Virus record (IMG/VR): IMGVR_UViG_3300025632_000016
Coordinates: 1-60,144 of that record
Length of the DNA stretch: 60,144 bases
DNA from: a virus
Taxonomy: Duplodnaviria; Caudoviricetes
Strand: one strand, 5' to 3'
Of the stretch, positions 28,978 through 38,149 are shown piece after piece. The notes under the pieces are model-generated. The model saw nothing but the letters and a program-made list of their open reading frames with translations. It did not search any database and had not been told where the DNA came from. Numbering within the stretch: position 1 is the stretch's first letter; each line of letters starts with the position of its first letter. The position numbers and the translations under genes are program-made.

Positions 28978-29426
28978 TTTTTATTGTATCTCTTTACTAA
29001 TCTAGTAGCTTTAGTTTCCATTCCGCAATTTTTAAGCATATCACAATACTTAATTCTTAATACAGTGTCTGTCTCTAGCAAATTATTTATAGCCTTAACT
29101 GAATGGGATGTTGTGGAGTGGTCTTTATCAAACAAATCGCCTATCATTCTTAATGAAGCATTTGTATTAAGTCTCAGGCAGTGCATTATCATTTGCCTAG
29201 TTTCTACAATCTCTGCCTTTCTAGTCTTAGTTTTAGTTAATAACTTATCTCTGTCTATATGGTGATGATTTTCAAAGTAAGAAAGAAGTCTGTTCTTTAG
29301 TTCTAGGTAATCTTTTTTTGCGTTCACCCTTTCCGCCTCAACACCAATCTTAAGTAACACTTGCTCGAATGGAGATAGCGACTTAGGAGTATTAATAACC
29401 TCAAACCAATCATTATTACTTATCAT
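28974..29426 (-). CDS. DnaA C-terminal (domain IV)-like HTH protein
   Basis: RKAEIVETRQMIMH...SLRMIGDLFDKDHSTTSHSVKAI. Confidence 0.85.
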   Translation of the reverse strand: MISNNDWFEVINTPKSLSPFEQVLLKIGVEAERVNAKKDYLELKNRLLSYFENHHHIDRDKLLTKTKTRKAEIVETRQMIMHCLRLNTNASLRMIGDLFDKDHSTTSHSVKAINNLLETDTVLRIKYCDMLKNCGMETKATRLVKRYNKK

Positions 29427-29626
29427 ACTATTTCATTTTTACTCATTAAATCTAACTTTCTATCTATACAGTTCTCCCATATATTCTGAGCCACTTCATA
29501 CAATAATCTCTCTGTTGCAATAGGCTCATTAGAGTTAAGTATAATGTCATTAAGAAACACCACCTTATCCCTGCTAGTCCAAGTGTTAAATAGTAAATCT
29601 CTTTCTTCTTCTGTTATTTGTTCCAT
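29423..29626 (-). CDS. Hypothetical protein
   Basis: ORF with ATGA coupling. Confidence 0.6.
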   Translation of the reverse strand: MEQITEEERDLLFNTWTSRDKVVFLNDIILNSNEPIATERLLYEVAQNIWENCIDRKLDLMSKNEIV

Positions 29627-29670
29627 TGTATTTTTAAGTTTTTAATATTCCGCACATTAAAACGTGCGTT

Positions 29671-29728
29671 AACTAACAGCCGCTAAGAAACATCGCTTCG
29701 CTTTACGTTTCTTAGCTTGGTGTTATAC
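29671..29728 (-). mobile_element. attC-like palindromic site 2
   Basis: - strand gtaTAACaccaaGCTAAGAAAC...GTTTCTTAGCggctGTTagtt; TAA is the stop codon of 29723..29950; shares TAACACCAAGCTAAG with site 1. Confidence 0.6.
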
Positions 29729-29950
29729 TTCCTTTAAAATGTCTTTAGTCTGCTGAAAGAACATCTCTACTCCATCTGCTTTACCTATTTCATAACCAAA
29801 CTCTAGGAGTATATTAACTGTGTCATCTCCTAATTGCTCTCTTAAAGAGTCTACTACCACCCTCTGTTGCGGGGATAGTTTACTTTCTATTTCTTCTTTC
29901 ATAATGTTTGTTTTTGTAAAAGTAAAAAGACAATGCAGAAGAAGGCTCAA
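29723..29950 (-). CDS. Hypothetical protein (likely start 29902)
   Basis: MKEEIESKLSPQQRVVVD... Confidence 0.55.
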   Translation of the reverse strand: MSLLLHCLFTFTKTNIMKEEIESKLSPQQRVVVDSLREQLGDDTVNILLEFGYEIGKADGVEMFFQQTKDILKEV

Positions 29951-29993
29951 TTAGAACCTCCTCTGCTTTGCTTGTGTAATTGTTAATCATAGA

Positions 29994-30344
29994 TTAAAAT
30001 GGTAATCCAGAATCTATTGGCGCTGCCGTTTGCTTCTCGAACTCCTTGTTAGGCGTACTTGCTCCACTTTGACCATCAGCCTTGAAAACTTTCCACGCAA
30101 TTAGATTCACATAGTACTTACCTTTGTACTCACTGCCATTAATATTAAATGACACATCTACATCCTGACCAACCTTATTGTACTTTAGGAAATTATCTAC
30201 CTTATCCTTTAGCACTTCAAACTTAACGTCTTGTGGGTAAGTATCATTCGTGGTAATCACAAATTCTACCTTTTGAAATCCAGAGTCAAACGTTTGCTTT
30301 TCTCCGATTAATTTAATCTTTCCTGTTAATTTTAAATCACTCAT
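29994..30344 (-). CDS. DUF3127 single-stranded DNA-binding protein
   Basis: GFQKVEFVI...YPQDVKFE...[12 protein letters not shown]...YYVNLIAWK; SSB-like C-terminal tail ending GLPF. Confidence 0.85.
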   Translation of the reverse strand: MSDLKLTGKIKLIGEKQTFDSGFQKVEFVITTNDTYPQDVKFEVLKDKVDNFLKYNKVGQDVDVSFNINGSEYKGKYYVNLIAWKVFKADGQSGASTPNKEFEKQTAAPIDSGLPF

Positions 30345-30360
30345 CTTATTATTTATTTAA

Positions 30361-30888
30361 TTATTTACTTGTTAATAGTTTTTCTACCGCTTTACTTACG
30401 GTGAATGTTTGTTTAATTACTTCTAATGTAGTTTTACCTTCGCTTAACGCTTTCTTTGCCCCTTCATAGCGTGGGTGAGATTCTGTTAACGCTTCTTTCT
30501 TAGGTGGCGTTTTAGTTTCCTGCTCTCCGCAAGCGTCAATATCCTTATCTGTTATTAATCCTAATGCAGCAGACAGCGAGTACCTTCTGTAATATGTTAT
30601 AGCACTTCCTAGTACTTGAAACGTATTCATTTTAGCTAACTGTACTTCTTGCTGAATATGAACAGTAGACTCAATAGATTCTCCGCTTGTAACGTGGAAT
30701 ATAACGGTCTTTAAATCCTCTCCGTTTAGTAATTGGGTAAACCCTAGCTTATGCTTTTTCATTAATGGGTTAATCACTTTGAATATTGCCGAAAGGTCTG
30801 CGTATGAATACCCAAATCCCTGAGTTCCTTTATGGATTGGCGGAACTTCTTGCTGAAAATCAGCTAATGCTTTGTATATATTTTTCAT
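30361..30888 (-). CDS. erf: ERF-family single-strand annealing protein
   Basis: YSYADL...GSAITYYRRYSLSAALGL...DIDA. Confidence 0.9.
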   Translation of the reverse strand: MKNIYKALADFQQEVPPIHKGTQGFGYSYADLSAIFKVINPLMKKHKLGFTQLLNGEDLKTVIFHVTSGESIESTVHIQQEVQLAKMNTFQVLGSAITYYRRYSLSAALGLITDKDIDACGEQETKTPPKKEALTESHPRYEGAKKALSEGKTTLEVIKQTFTVSKAVEKLLTSK

Positions 30889-31025
30889 TCTTCTAGTTTT
30901 AATTCATCATTATAATCATCTGCTCTATCGGCAGCTTCGTTTTCCTCTTCTTCACTATCAATTGTATTTCCAAATACATCCTCGTCATCGTAAGGATTAG
31001 ACAGCTTGTAGTCATCGTAATTCAT
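30885..31025 (-). CDS. Very acidic 46-aa protein
   Basis: Read by hand: MNYDDYKLSNPYDDEDVFGNTIDSEEEENEAADRADDYNDELKLEE; ATGA overlap with erf. Confidence 0.7.
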   Translation of the reverse strand: MNYDDYKLSNPYDDEDVFGNTIDSEEEENEAADRADDYNDELKLEE

Positions 31026-31079
31026 TTCTCTTTAATTAAATGTTCAATTGCTTTCTTTCTTTTCTCTGTAAACTCACTG

Positions 31080-31304
31080 TTAATGTAGCTGTGATGCCTT
31101 GTCATTACTTCCAGTAGCTGCTCTAGCTGATGCCTCGATAGCTTGTTTAAGCTTTGCATCTTCAATCCTAAGTCTCTCCAAGTACGGTATTTCATTTGTC
31201 ATTTCTCTGTATTCTGCTTCTTGTGCTTTGCGATAGAAGTATTCATCATCCATTCCATCGTAGCCAGAATTAAATTGCTCTATGTTTCTTTTAGTTAAGC
31301 TCAT
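31080..31304 (-). CDS. Hypothetical protein
   Basis: ORF with a promoter at 31321-31328. Confidence 0.6.
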   Translation of the reverse strand: MSLTKRNIEQFNSGYDGMDDEYFYRKAQEAEYREMTNEIPYLERLRIEDAKLKQAIEASARAATGSNDKASQLH

Positions 31305-31376
31305 ATCTCTAAATTTTACTCAAATATATTATTTAACTTTCTGATTGACAAGCTTTTTAACATTTATTAATGTAAT

Positions 31377-31616
31377 CTAAATAGTGTACTCATTTAACAT
31401 TGATTCCAAGTAGCTCAATGCTTCCTTTTTATACTCATCTGGAGTGGGCATTAATTTCAGTAATTTTATTTTAATCTTAAGGTCATTTACTACTGATTCA
31501 TTAGCTATTTCTATAAACTTTTTGTTTGTTTCGTCATCCTTAAGCGCCCTCTTCCATGCGGCTGAATACACTGGTAGGATATTTTTATCGTAATGTATTT
31601 TTGTTAATTTTTTCAT
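31377..31616 (-). CDS. Hypothetical protein
   Basis: ORF downstream of the primase-helicase gene. Confidence 0.6.
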   Translation of the reverse strand: MKKLTKIHYDKNILPVYSAAWKRALKDDETNKKFIEIANESVVNDLKIKIKLLKLMPTPDEYKKEALSYLESMLNEYTI

Positions 31617-31628
31617 AATTATTTGTTT

Positions 31629-33599
31629 TTAAAATGGGGCTTCGCTAAACTCATCATCGAATGAATCGTTTGTAGGCATAGAACTTATTCTTTCTTTAGC
31701 CTCAGATAATGTTTCTGGCTTTTTAAATCCCATAGTTCCGTTGTCTTCGTGCCACTTCCTTATGGGGTTAACTCCATTTATAGTAAACTCACACATATTC
31801 TTCTCTAAAAGCATTTGTATTGGGTTATCTCTCTCCGTTGGCTTCCCCCCAGTTTCACTTTCTCTTTCTTTATCAACATGAAATTCAGTGATAAACCTAA
31901 TTAATCCCTCAGCTTTTGTTTTTCTATGAAGCACAATTCCTTGGTCTGCCCTATTACTCCACTTGCCACCTCCCTCAACATCATCGACCCAAGGGCATAT
32001 AAGGTTTCCATCATCATCTCTTTTTCTTCTAGCCTCTGTATTTGTGTGTGCATTTAGATATAATGATACTCCCGTTCTTTCAGTAAAGTCTAGTATTTCT
32101 GATGCCATCCTATAATCATAATCGTGACCATTTTCCTTCGGCTTCTGAGCCTTATTAAACCCTGAGTATGGGTCTGCCACTATAAAGTCAATTTCTTTTT
32201 CTTCTGAAAGCTTATATGATAGCTTAAGTAGTTTAGGTATATCATTAATAAATCCGCCTCTTGCTTTTATAATTATAAAATGCTCATTAACCCATCTTTT
32301 AGCTAAGTCAAATTCATCTTGAGTCATTTTATCTAACGGCCTACACATATAAAACTCCATTAACTTTCTCTTTGTAAACCCAGAAGAGTTCTCTTTCGTT
32401 ACAACAGCGCCCTTCCAATTATGATAAACAGATGGCAGGCACATTTTATAAAGAATAGCGGTTGTTTTCCCAATGTTTGAATGCCCAACTATCACGCAAA
32501 ACTTACCCCTTTTAAATCTAAAAAATTCATCCATCTCTCTGCATCCAGTAGAGAGGCCTAGTTCTAATGTACCCTCTCTTACGTCTTGCAAGTATTTATC
32601 ATCCTCTATACTGTCTGATATATGCTCAGAAACACTTGATATTTCACTATCTTGGTTTTCATACTGCTCTGTTGGGCTTAGTTCTTTCTTTTGCTCACCG
32701 TATCCTTTTTGATATAAATCTTTTGCTGCTGCTGAGTAATCCCCATTATGATTTAGTACAGCATAAACACCAAATGGCGGATAAGCCTTCTCTGGCTCAA
32801 ACTGAGTACTGCTACTAAACGCCTTAAATAATTTTCTATCTATTAAATAGTTACCGCTGTGCAATGCGGTGGTATCTCCCGCTCGCTTTAAGTAAATCCT
32901 ACTTGAAGTTGTCTTTACGTCAGACCAACCGTGAGCGTAAAGTTCCGATAAACCATCTTCTCTGTCGTTATAATCATCCCAAGGGGTTTTTCCAGAAACA
33001 TTCATTGTTGACTTAGGGATGTGAACTTCTTTTATCTCCTCATCAAATGTTCTTGCGCACGATAGGATAACATCTCTCTCACTTGTCGATATGGTAGGTA
33101 TTTCTGAAAACTTACCCTGTATTACTTCGTACCCTTTACTTGGGAATGATGCTATGTAGCCTCCCTCGCCTCTCGTTTCTATTAAAACTTTCCACTTCTC
33201 TCGCTTTATAGTTAACTCATCACCTGTAGCTTCCCTTCGTGCTAATTTTTGATTACCTTGTATTTCTTCACAACGATATATCCAATGATAGCCGCCAGAA
33301 GGCGTTTTAAGTATCATTAAGCGGTTATATAAGCCACTTGCATTATCATTTAATAGTCTAGTGTACCTATCGTATAAATCTCCGCTTATATCGTACTTCA
33401 AATCAATATCAATAACCTCCATATTACCCGATATTTTACCACAAATTAATCCCAACGCCTCTGAATTTATACTTTGAGGTATTCTAAATTCGTGCTGCCA
33501 CTTAGACCAAGAACCTTCTGCGGGTATTTTCTTATTAGTAAGACCTAATACATTTATACCGCTATCTAAAAATCTTTTAACTAAACTTTCTTGTATCAT
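31629..33599 (-). CDS. Prim-Pol primase fused to DnaB-like (SF4) helicase
   Basis: VIDID, TPSGGYH and IETRGEGGYI (Prim-Pol); GHSNIGKT Walker A, FIVADPY and GGGKWSNRAD (helicase). Confidence 0.9.
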   Translation of the reverse strand: MIQESLVKRFLDSGINVLGLTNKKIPAEGSWSKWQHEFRIPQSINSEALGLICGKISGNMEVIDIDLKYDISGDLYDRYTRLLNDNASGLYNRLMILKTPSGGYHWIYRCEEIQGNQKLARREATGDELTIKREKWKVLIETRGEGGYIASFPSKGYEVIQGKFSEIPTISTSERDVILSCARTFDEEIKEVHIPKSTMNVSGKTPWDDYNDREDGLSELYAHGWSDVKTTSSRIYLKRAGDTTALHSGNYLIDRKLFKAFSSSTQFEPEKAYPPFGVYAVLNHNGDYSAAAKDLYQKGYGEQKKELSPTEQYENQDSEISSVSEHISDSIEDDKYLQDVREGTLELGLSTGCREMDEFFRFKRGKFCVIVGHSNIGKTTAILYKMCLPSVYHNWKGAVVTKENSSGFTKRKLMEFYMCRPLDKMTQDEFDLAKRWVNEHFIIIKARGGFINDIPKLLKLSYKLSEEKEIDFIVADPYSGFNKAQKPKENGHDYDYRMASEILDFTERTGVSLYLNAHTNTEARRKRDDDGNLICPWVDDVEGGGKWSNRADQGIVLHRKTKAEGLIRFITEFHVDKERESETGGKPTERDNPIQMLLEKNMCEFTINGVNPIRKWHEDNGTMGFKKPETLSEAKERISSMPTNDSFDDEFSEAPF

Positions 33600-34411
33600 T
33601 TATAACTTTTTTCTGCTCTACATAGGGTAGAGAAATAAGTATTTGGATTACTCTGCTTCATAGCAACATTCCAAAGATGCTCTAATACATCTAAACTAAT
33701 ACCATTCGCTTCTGGTATTTGTGGAATTTTAACATATTCAACTTCTTCTTCTGTCGGAACATAATCCCGCCACCCTTCATTAGCAAAGAATGACCTTCCC
33801 GCTTTTATATATTTCTCTTCGGTTTTTTCATCGGCTACTTTTTTTGCGTATTTAATAACAGATGATTTTATATCCGCTCTTTCTTTCTCCCTTGCTTTAG
33901 CGTTATAGTATTTCTTAGCTACTAGTTTATCTTTCTTACGAGGGTAAAGCGACCAAACATCTTCAAAATCAGTTTGCTCATCTTTTTGTTTTATATGTAC
34001 TTTGTTATTATAAGTACTTTGTAGTTGTTGGTTAGCCGTTGACGGGTGAACCGTTGACGGAAAACCCGCATCGGTGTCAATCTCTTTGGTAGCAACGGGT
34101 TCGTCGTAAAATAGATAATTCTTACCCTTAAATCTGCCGCTATCATCAGTAACCATATTTGTACTAATTAAGTACCCTTCACTTTCTAGTTCTTTAAATA
34201 TAGAGTTAAGTGCATCCCTTCCAATACCAAATTCTTTCATAACAAAAGATTTGTGTAAAATCCAGTCATCAGGTAAGCTAAGTATGTAACATAAAAACCC
34301 CTTGGCCTTAAAAGAAAGCGTTTTATTTTGAACCACATCGTTATGCACTATAAGGAATTTTTCCTTCGGCTTAGAGCGAGTTCTCTTTAATAGTTCAGTA
34401 TTGTTGCTCAT
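33596..34411 (-). CDS. Replication initiator with N-terminal HTH
   Basis: LSFKAKGFLCYILSLPDDW...GRDALNSIFKELESEGY; C-terminal FEDVWSLYPRKKDK...YIK. Confidence 0.8.
   Translation of the reverse strand: MSNNTELLKRTRSKPKEKFLIVHNDVVQNKTLSFKAKGFLCYILSLPDDWILHKSFVMKEFGIGRDALNSIFKELESEGYLISTNMVTDDSGRFKGKNYLFYDEPVATKEIDTDAGFPSTVHPSTANQQLQSTYNNKVHIKQKDEQTDFEDVWSLYPRKKDKLVAKKYYNAKAREKERADIKSSVIKYAKKVADEKTEEKYIKAGRSFFANEGWRDYVPTEEEVEYVKIPQIPEANGISLDVLEHLWNVAMKQSNPNTYFSTLCRAEKSYK
34036..34074. repeat. Iteron-like repeats inside the initiator gene (candidate origin)
   Basis: ccgttgacgg at 34036 and 34051, degenerate ccgcatcgg at 34066 (15-bp period), next to an AT-rich tract. Confidence 0.6.
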
Positions 34412-34509
34412 AATAATAAAGTCGGCAAGACCTAGCGGGAGCTACACCATCGAAACGGATACCGCTAAATCTGCCTAAATAAGTTGTTGGATTGTGTAGC
34501 TCTAATCCT
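34412..34509 (-). ncRNA. Structured 5' leader of the initiator gene (pseudoknot-like)
   Basis: Hairpin arms at 34424-34438 and 34462-34475; loop segment 34439-34447 is complementary to 34494-34502; promoter at 34514-34521. Confidence 0.55.
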
Positions 34510-34527
34510 ATTGCAAATATAGGTAAA

Positions 34528-34941
34528 TTAACCCCAAGTCCTATGCTCTTCAGCAATACTTTCTAAGCCATCGTATTCACTTATAATCCAATCAATATCA
34601 TCTGGAACATCTACGATTTTTAATTCAGCACAAGAACCGAATGATTTACTACCAAGACTTCTAACTACTTCTATTAAGTCCTTATCAGGCCTAACCGAAT
34701 AATCATCCTTAATATTAAATAGTACCCCATCTTTGTATATGCAATATCCGTAAGGATGAGCCATATATCCGTCTTCTAAATCAATATACCCATTAAATTC
34801 CCCTTCCCATCCTTGTTTGTCTCCGTAATATTTATGCGGATTATATTTCTCTATACACTTAGCATTTCTTTTAACTAATTCTAATAAAGCAGGTGTTGAA
34901 ATTCCAAATCCGCCAAAACGAGTGTTTATAACTAATTCCAT
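34528..34941 (-). CDS. Conserved hypothetical phage protein
   Basis: VINTRFGGFGIS...LIEVVRSLG...LKIVDVPDD...EYDGLE motif pattern. Confidence 0.7.
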   Translation of the reverse strand: MELVINTRFGGFGISTPALLELVKRNAKCIEKYNPHKYYGDKQGWEGEFNGYIDLEDGYMAHPYGYCIYKDGVLFNIKDDYSVRPDKDLIEVVRSLGSKSFGSCAELKIVDVPDDIDWIISEYDGLESIAEEHRTWG

Positions 34942-35072
34942 AATATTATGTTTTTAAATTAATCCTATAAATTCCGCCATCCCACGAAGGACAGTATAAA
35001 TAAACCCTATAATAACTCCCCAAGCTAATGCTCCTAATGAAGCAAGCATTAACCAATATATAAATTTGTATA

Positions 35073-35294
35073 TCATATCTCTTTTTTTAATTGTTTAAGC
35101 GTTTTAATTACTTCTTTATACTCACATACCAAATCCATTTGTTTAGCCGTTAAAGCTACTCCTAAATCGCTGTGAGCTGTTAATTCTTTTGCTCCTTTCC
35201 GTTCTAATTCTTCTTTCAATATCATCCCTTCTGCAATGATAAGTGTAATATTTTGTTTTAGCATTTTTTTAATTGTTAAATAATTACCATACAC
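35073..35294 (-). CDS. Hypothetical protein
   Basis: ORF; start probably at MLKQ. Confidence 0.5.
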   Translation of the reverse strand: MYGNYLTIKKMLKQNITLIIAEGMILKEELERKGAKELTAHSDLGVALTAKQMDLVCEYKEVIKTLKQLKKEI

Positions 35295-35310
35295 TCAGCG
35301 TTATCCGCAA

Positions 35311-35496
35311 TTAGAACAAATGATTTTCCACACATTCATAAACAAAGGCGCTATCCTCATTTAATTCATCTAATTGCTCGTCAGTCATTGGTTTTCCATT
35401 ATAGTCCGCACTTGCTATAAATGCGTCACAAAAATCTGGATAGTCTTTAGTGTCTATTCCATCTACTTCAATGTTGTCAATTTTTTTATAGTCCAT
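35311..35496 (-). CDS. Small acidic protein flanked by attC-like half sites
   Basis: MDYKKIDNIEVDGIDTKDYPDFCDAFIASADY...; upstream GTTgtgcgc and downstream gcggatAAC on the - strand. Confidence 0.7.
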   Translation of the reverse strand: MDYKKIDNIEVDGIDTKDYPDFCDAFIASADYNGKPMTDEQLDELNEDSAFVYECVENHLF

Positions 35497-35635
35497 TTTT
35501 AAATAAATTAAAAGCGCACAACAATGTATAAAATTAATGCGCTTGGTTCTAAAGGTTATAATAAACACAAACTTATTGCAATAAATCCACCTACCAAAAT
35601 AATAAATGTTAAAATGCTTAATGCGTTAAATGTTT

Positions 35636-35917
35636 TCATAAATCTATTTCTAATGTTTCACCATCAACTTTTATTATTGTGTAAATTCCTTCTTCTAATT
35701 CGTCTGAGGTTAAATAAAACCTTCCTTTTTTTGATAGTTTCTTTAATGTTCCAGCGAAATTTAAAGAGGGTTTCTCTATATAAATAATTCCATCGTTGCA
35801 ATACACATTAAATTCTTTGCCGAAGTTAGGATTATCATTTAACCAATCATCACAATTTTCTAGGTATATATACCAGCCATTAAAATGTTGATTGTGTTTA
35901 GTAATTCTTGCTTTCAT
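35636..35917 (-). CDS. Hypothetical protein
   Basis: ORF in the early region. Confidence 0.6.
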   Translation of the reverse strand: MKARITKHNQHFNGWYIYLENCDDWLNDNPNFGKEFNVYCNDGIIYIEKPSLNFAGTLKKLSKKGRFYLTSDELEEGIYTIIKVDGETLEIDL

Positions 35918-36103
35918 TTTTAATCCTCCAATATTTTAAACTCATCTGAAATATAAATGCAGTTATCTATTTTACAAATTCCTTTCTCTTTAAATTGCTC
36001 AAACTTTTCTTTACTAGGGTTTACATAAAAATAAAACTCTTGCAAATTAGTTTCCCTATCTTTTGTATAGGTTACGATGCTTGATATATTAGGACTCATA
36101 ATC

Positions 36104-36553
36104 TTACTTATTTTTATAGTTTCTAAATTTCATTTGAGCGTATGCAATTTTCTGTTGATACGTCCCACCACCTTGACCTGCTGGTAGCTGTATTTCTTTG
36201 CTATTTTCACAGTCCCAAATAGCTAACTGACCATTAAGCATACCTTGAGTCCAAGCCTTTTCTAAGCTATCTATATTTATACTTAAATCTAAGTAAATGT
36301 TATTGTCACTTTGCCAAGCCCCAATAAATATGTTATCATTTATTTCTATGTCTCTAGCGTGTTTAAGAATGTACCCCGTTAAAACTTCTTTTGTTAGTCT
36401 TTTAGATATTTCCTCACACCCATCTAAGCTAACCATATAGCCTTTATTTGGATTCATTAACCCCGTGTTATAGTTATAACTACATCCGCCATCTTTAGCT
36501 ACATTATCACAAAAATTAACTAAAGTTCCTCTTCTATTATTCAATTCGTTCAT
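36104..36553 (-). CDS. Early protein with GAW...YLD...QLAIWD motif (possible SAM-lyase-like fold)
   Basis: Motif pattern only; own promoter at 36582-36589. Confidence 0.45.
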   Translation of the reverse strand: MNELNNRRGTLVNFCDNVAKDGGCSYNYNTGLMNPNKGYMVSLDGCEEISKRLTKEVLTGYILKHARDIEINDNIFIGAWQSDNNIYLDLSINIDSLEKAWTQGMLNGQLAIWDCENSKEIQLPAGQGGGTYQQKIAYAQMKFRNYKNK

Positions 36554-36861
36554 TTTGTTTTATTTTTAAAGTTTAATTGTTCAAATATATTATTATCTTA
36601 ATCCTAATCCAATCTAAGTTTGTTAATTTATTAAAACGGAACATCTGCATATTGTCTTAATTCTCTATTAGCCCTCAACCCCCTCGCACCTAATTAAACG
36701 TTCTATCTCGGTTTTAAGGTCTTGCTTTTTAGCTTCTGACCAGCTTAAAGTATCTATTAAGCTGACTATTATTTTAAGAATTTTACTATTCATTTTGTTT
36801 TGTTTTAAAATTAATTATTCAAATGTAGTTTAATTGTTTTACTTGTTAGTGTTAATTAGTG

Positions 36862-37524
36862 TTAATAACCCGTTGCCGCTGAATAAGGATAAACCTCTTC
36901 TTTGGTTTCTTTATTTATAAAGCATTGCTTTGATTCGTTTAATTCGTATCTATCATCATCATCTATTGTGTAAAAATCATCAAATGTTTCTTGGTTGCTA
37001 TTGTCGTAAAAGTCAACCGACCAACCTATAAAAAAATAGTCAGGGTCGTTAACTTTGAATACTTGCGTACTAGTGTAACCGCCTCTAATATCTGCGCCTT
37101 GATGTAATTGAAACAAGCAATATACATCACCGTTAAACCCTATTAATTGGTATTGAAAATCTTGAGAAAGGTCGTTTTCGCTGTTATAAGTATTGTTTGG
37201 TTCACTTGAGCATAAATAACCATTAACATCTAATTCAAACGCCTCAGAAAGTACATCAAACGCCTCACCAACCCAAAAATAAGATTTGCTCAATTTGCGA
37301 TTAAACATAGCCGTCACATCATCACATTCAAACATCGTATTCATATAAACATGAATAGGAATAGTTGCCCCGTATTCGTCTAATTTTACATCATCATTAA
37401 AGTCTAGCTTTCTTTTTTGATTCCTTTGCCAATGCCTGCCGTTTTCGCCGCCGCTGTCGCACATTGCTTTACCCGTTGATGTTTGCATTAATTTCTCAAT
37501 CTTTTTCTGTATGTAAGTTTTCAT
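36862..37524 (-). CDS. Conserved hypothetical phage protein
   Basis: STGKAMCDSGG...RHWQRN...NTYNSENDLSQDFQY...QLHQGADIRGGYT; start MKTY at 37524; promoter at 37553-37560. Confidence 0.7.
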   Translation of the reverse strand: MKTYIQKKIEKLMQTSTGKAMCDSGGENGRHWQRNQKRKLDFNDDVKLDEYGATIPIHVYMNTMFECDDVTAMFNRKLSKSYFWVGEAFDVLSEAFELDVNGYLCSSEPNNTYNSENDLSQDFQYQLIGFNGDVYCLFQLHQGADIRGGYTSTQVFKVNDPDYFFIGWSVDFYDNSNQETFDDFYTIDDDDRYELNESKQCFINKETKEEVYPYSAATGY

Positions 37525-38096
37525 AATTATATATTTTAATTGTTTACGAATGCAAACATATAGCATCACTTCTAACCTCACAAATATTTTAACATTCGTT
37601 AACATAATAAATACCTAACTATCTGTTATTCAATTGGTTTATATTCTAAACTATAATTATTAGGGTAATAACTATATAAATTGAAAGAAATAAACAACTA
37701 TTCTAGATAATTAAATATTGTTTTACAGCATACTCTACTTAACATAATGTACTGAACATAGGACAAAATAATTATATTCTTTGATGTGGTTAAATATTGT
37801 ATTTGGTTTGAATGTGAGTGTTTTGTGTGTGTGGGTTTATACCCTATTTAAACTTAAACACATCAACAAAACAAAAAAACTTTTACCACCTATATAAGGT
37901 CGTCACAAAAGTCAAAACTCAAAACCTTCTACAGACCAATGACAGCATAGGTTTGACGGTTATTTTTAAAATATGCGTGACTATTTTAGCCCCTCGAAAT
38001 AGTCATCGTGTCAAATATTAGATAGTGAATAAGAGGTTTTTTGACGGGTTTAAATTTGTATTGGTTATAATGTATGGACAGAAAGTTTAGCGCATA

Positions 38097-38127
38097 AAAA
38101 AACCCTGCTAAATTAATAGCAGGGTTT
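38097..38127 (-). terminator. Intrinsic terminator
   Basis: aaaccctgcta-aattaa-tagcagggttt with a T-run on the - strand. Confidence 0.8.
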
Positions 38128-38149
38128 AAATTGTTTTGTTCGGTTAAAA

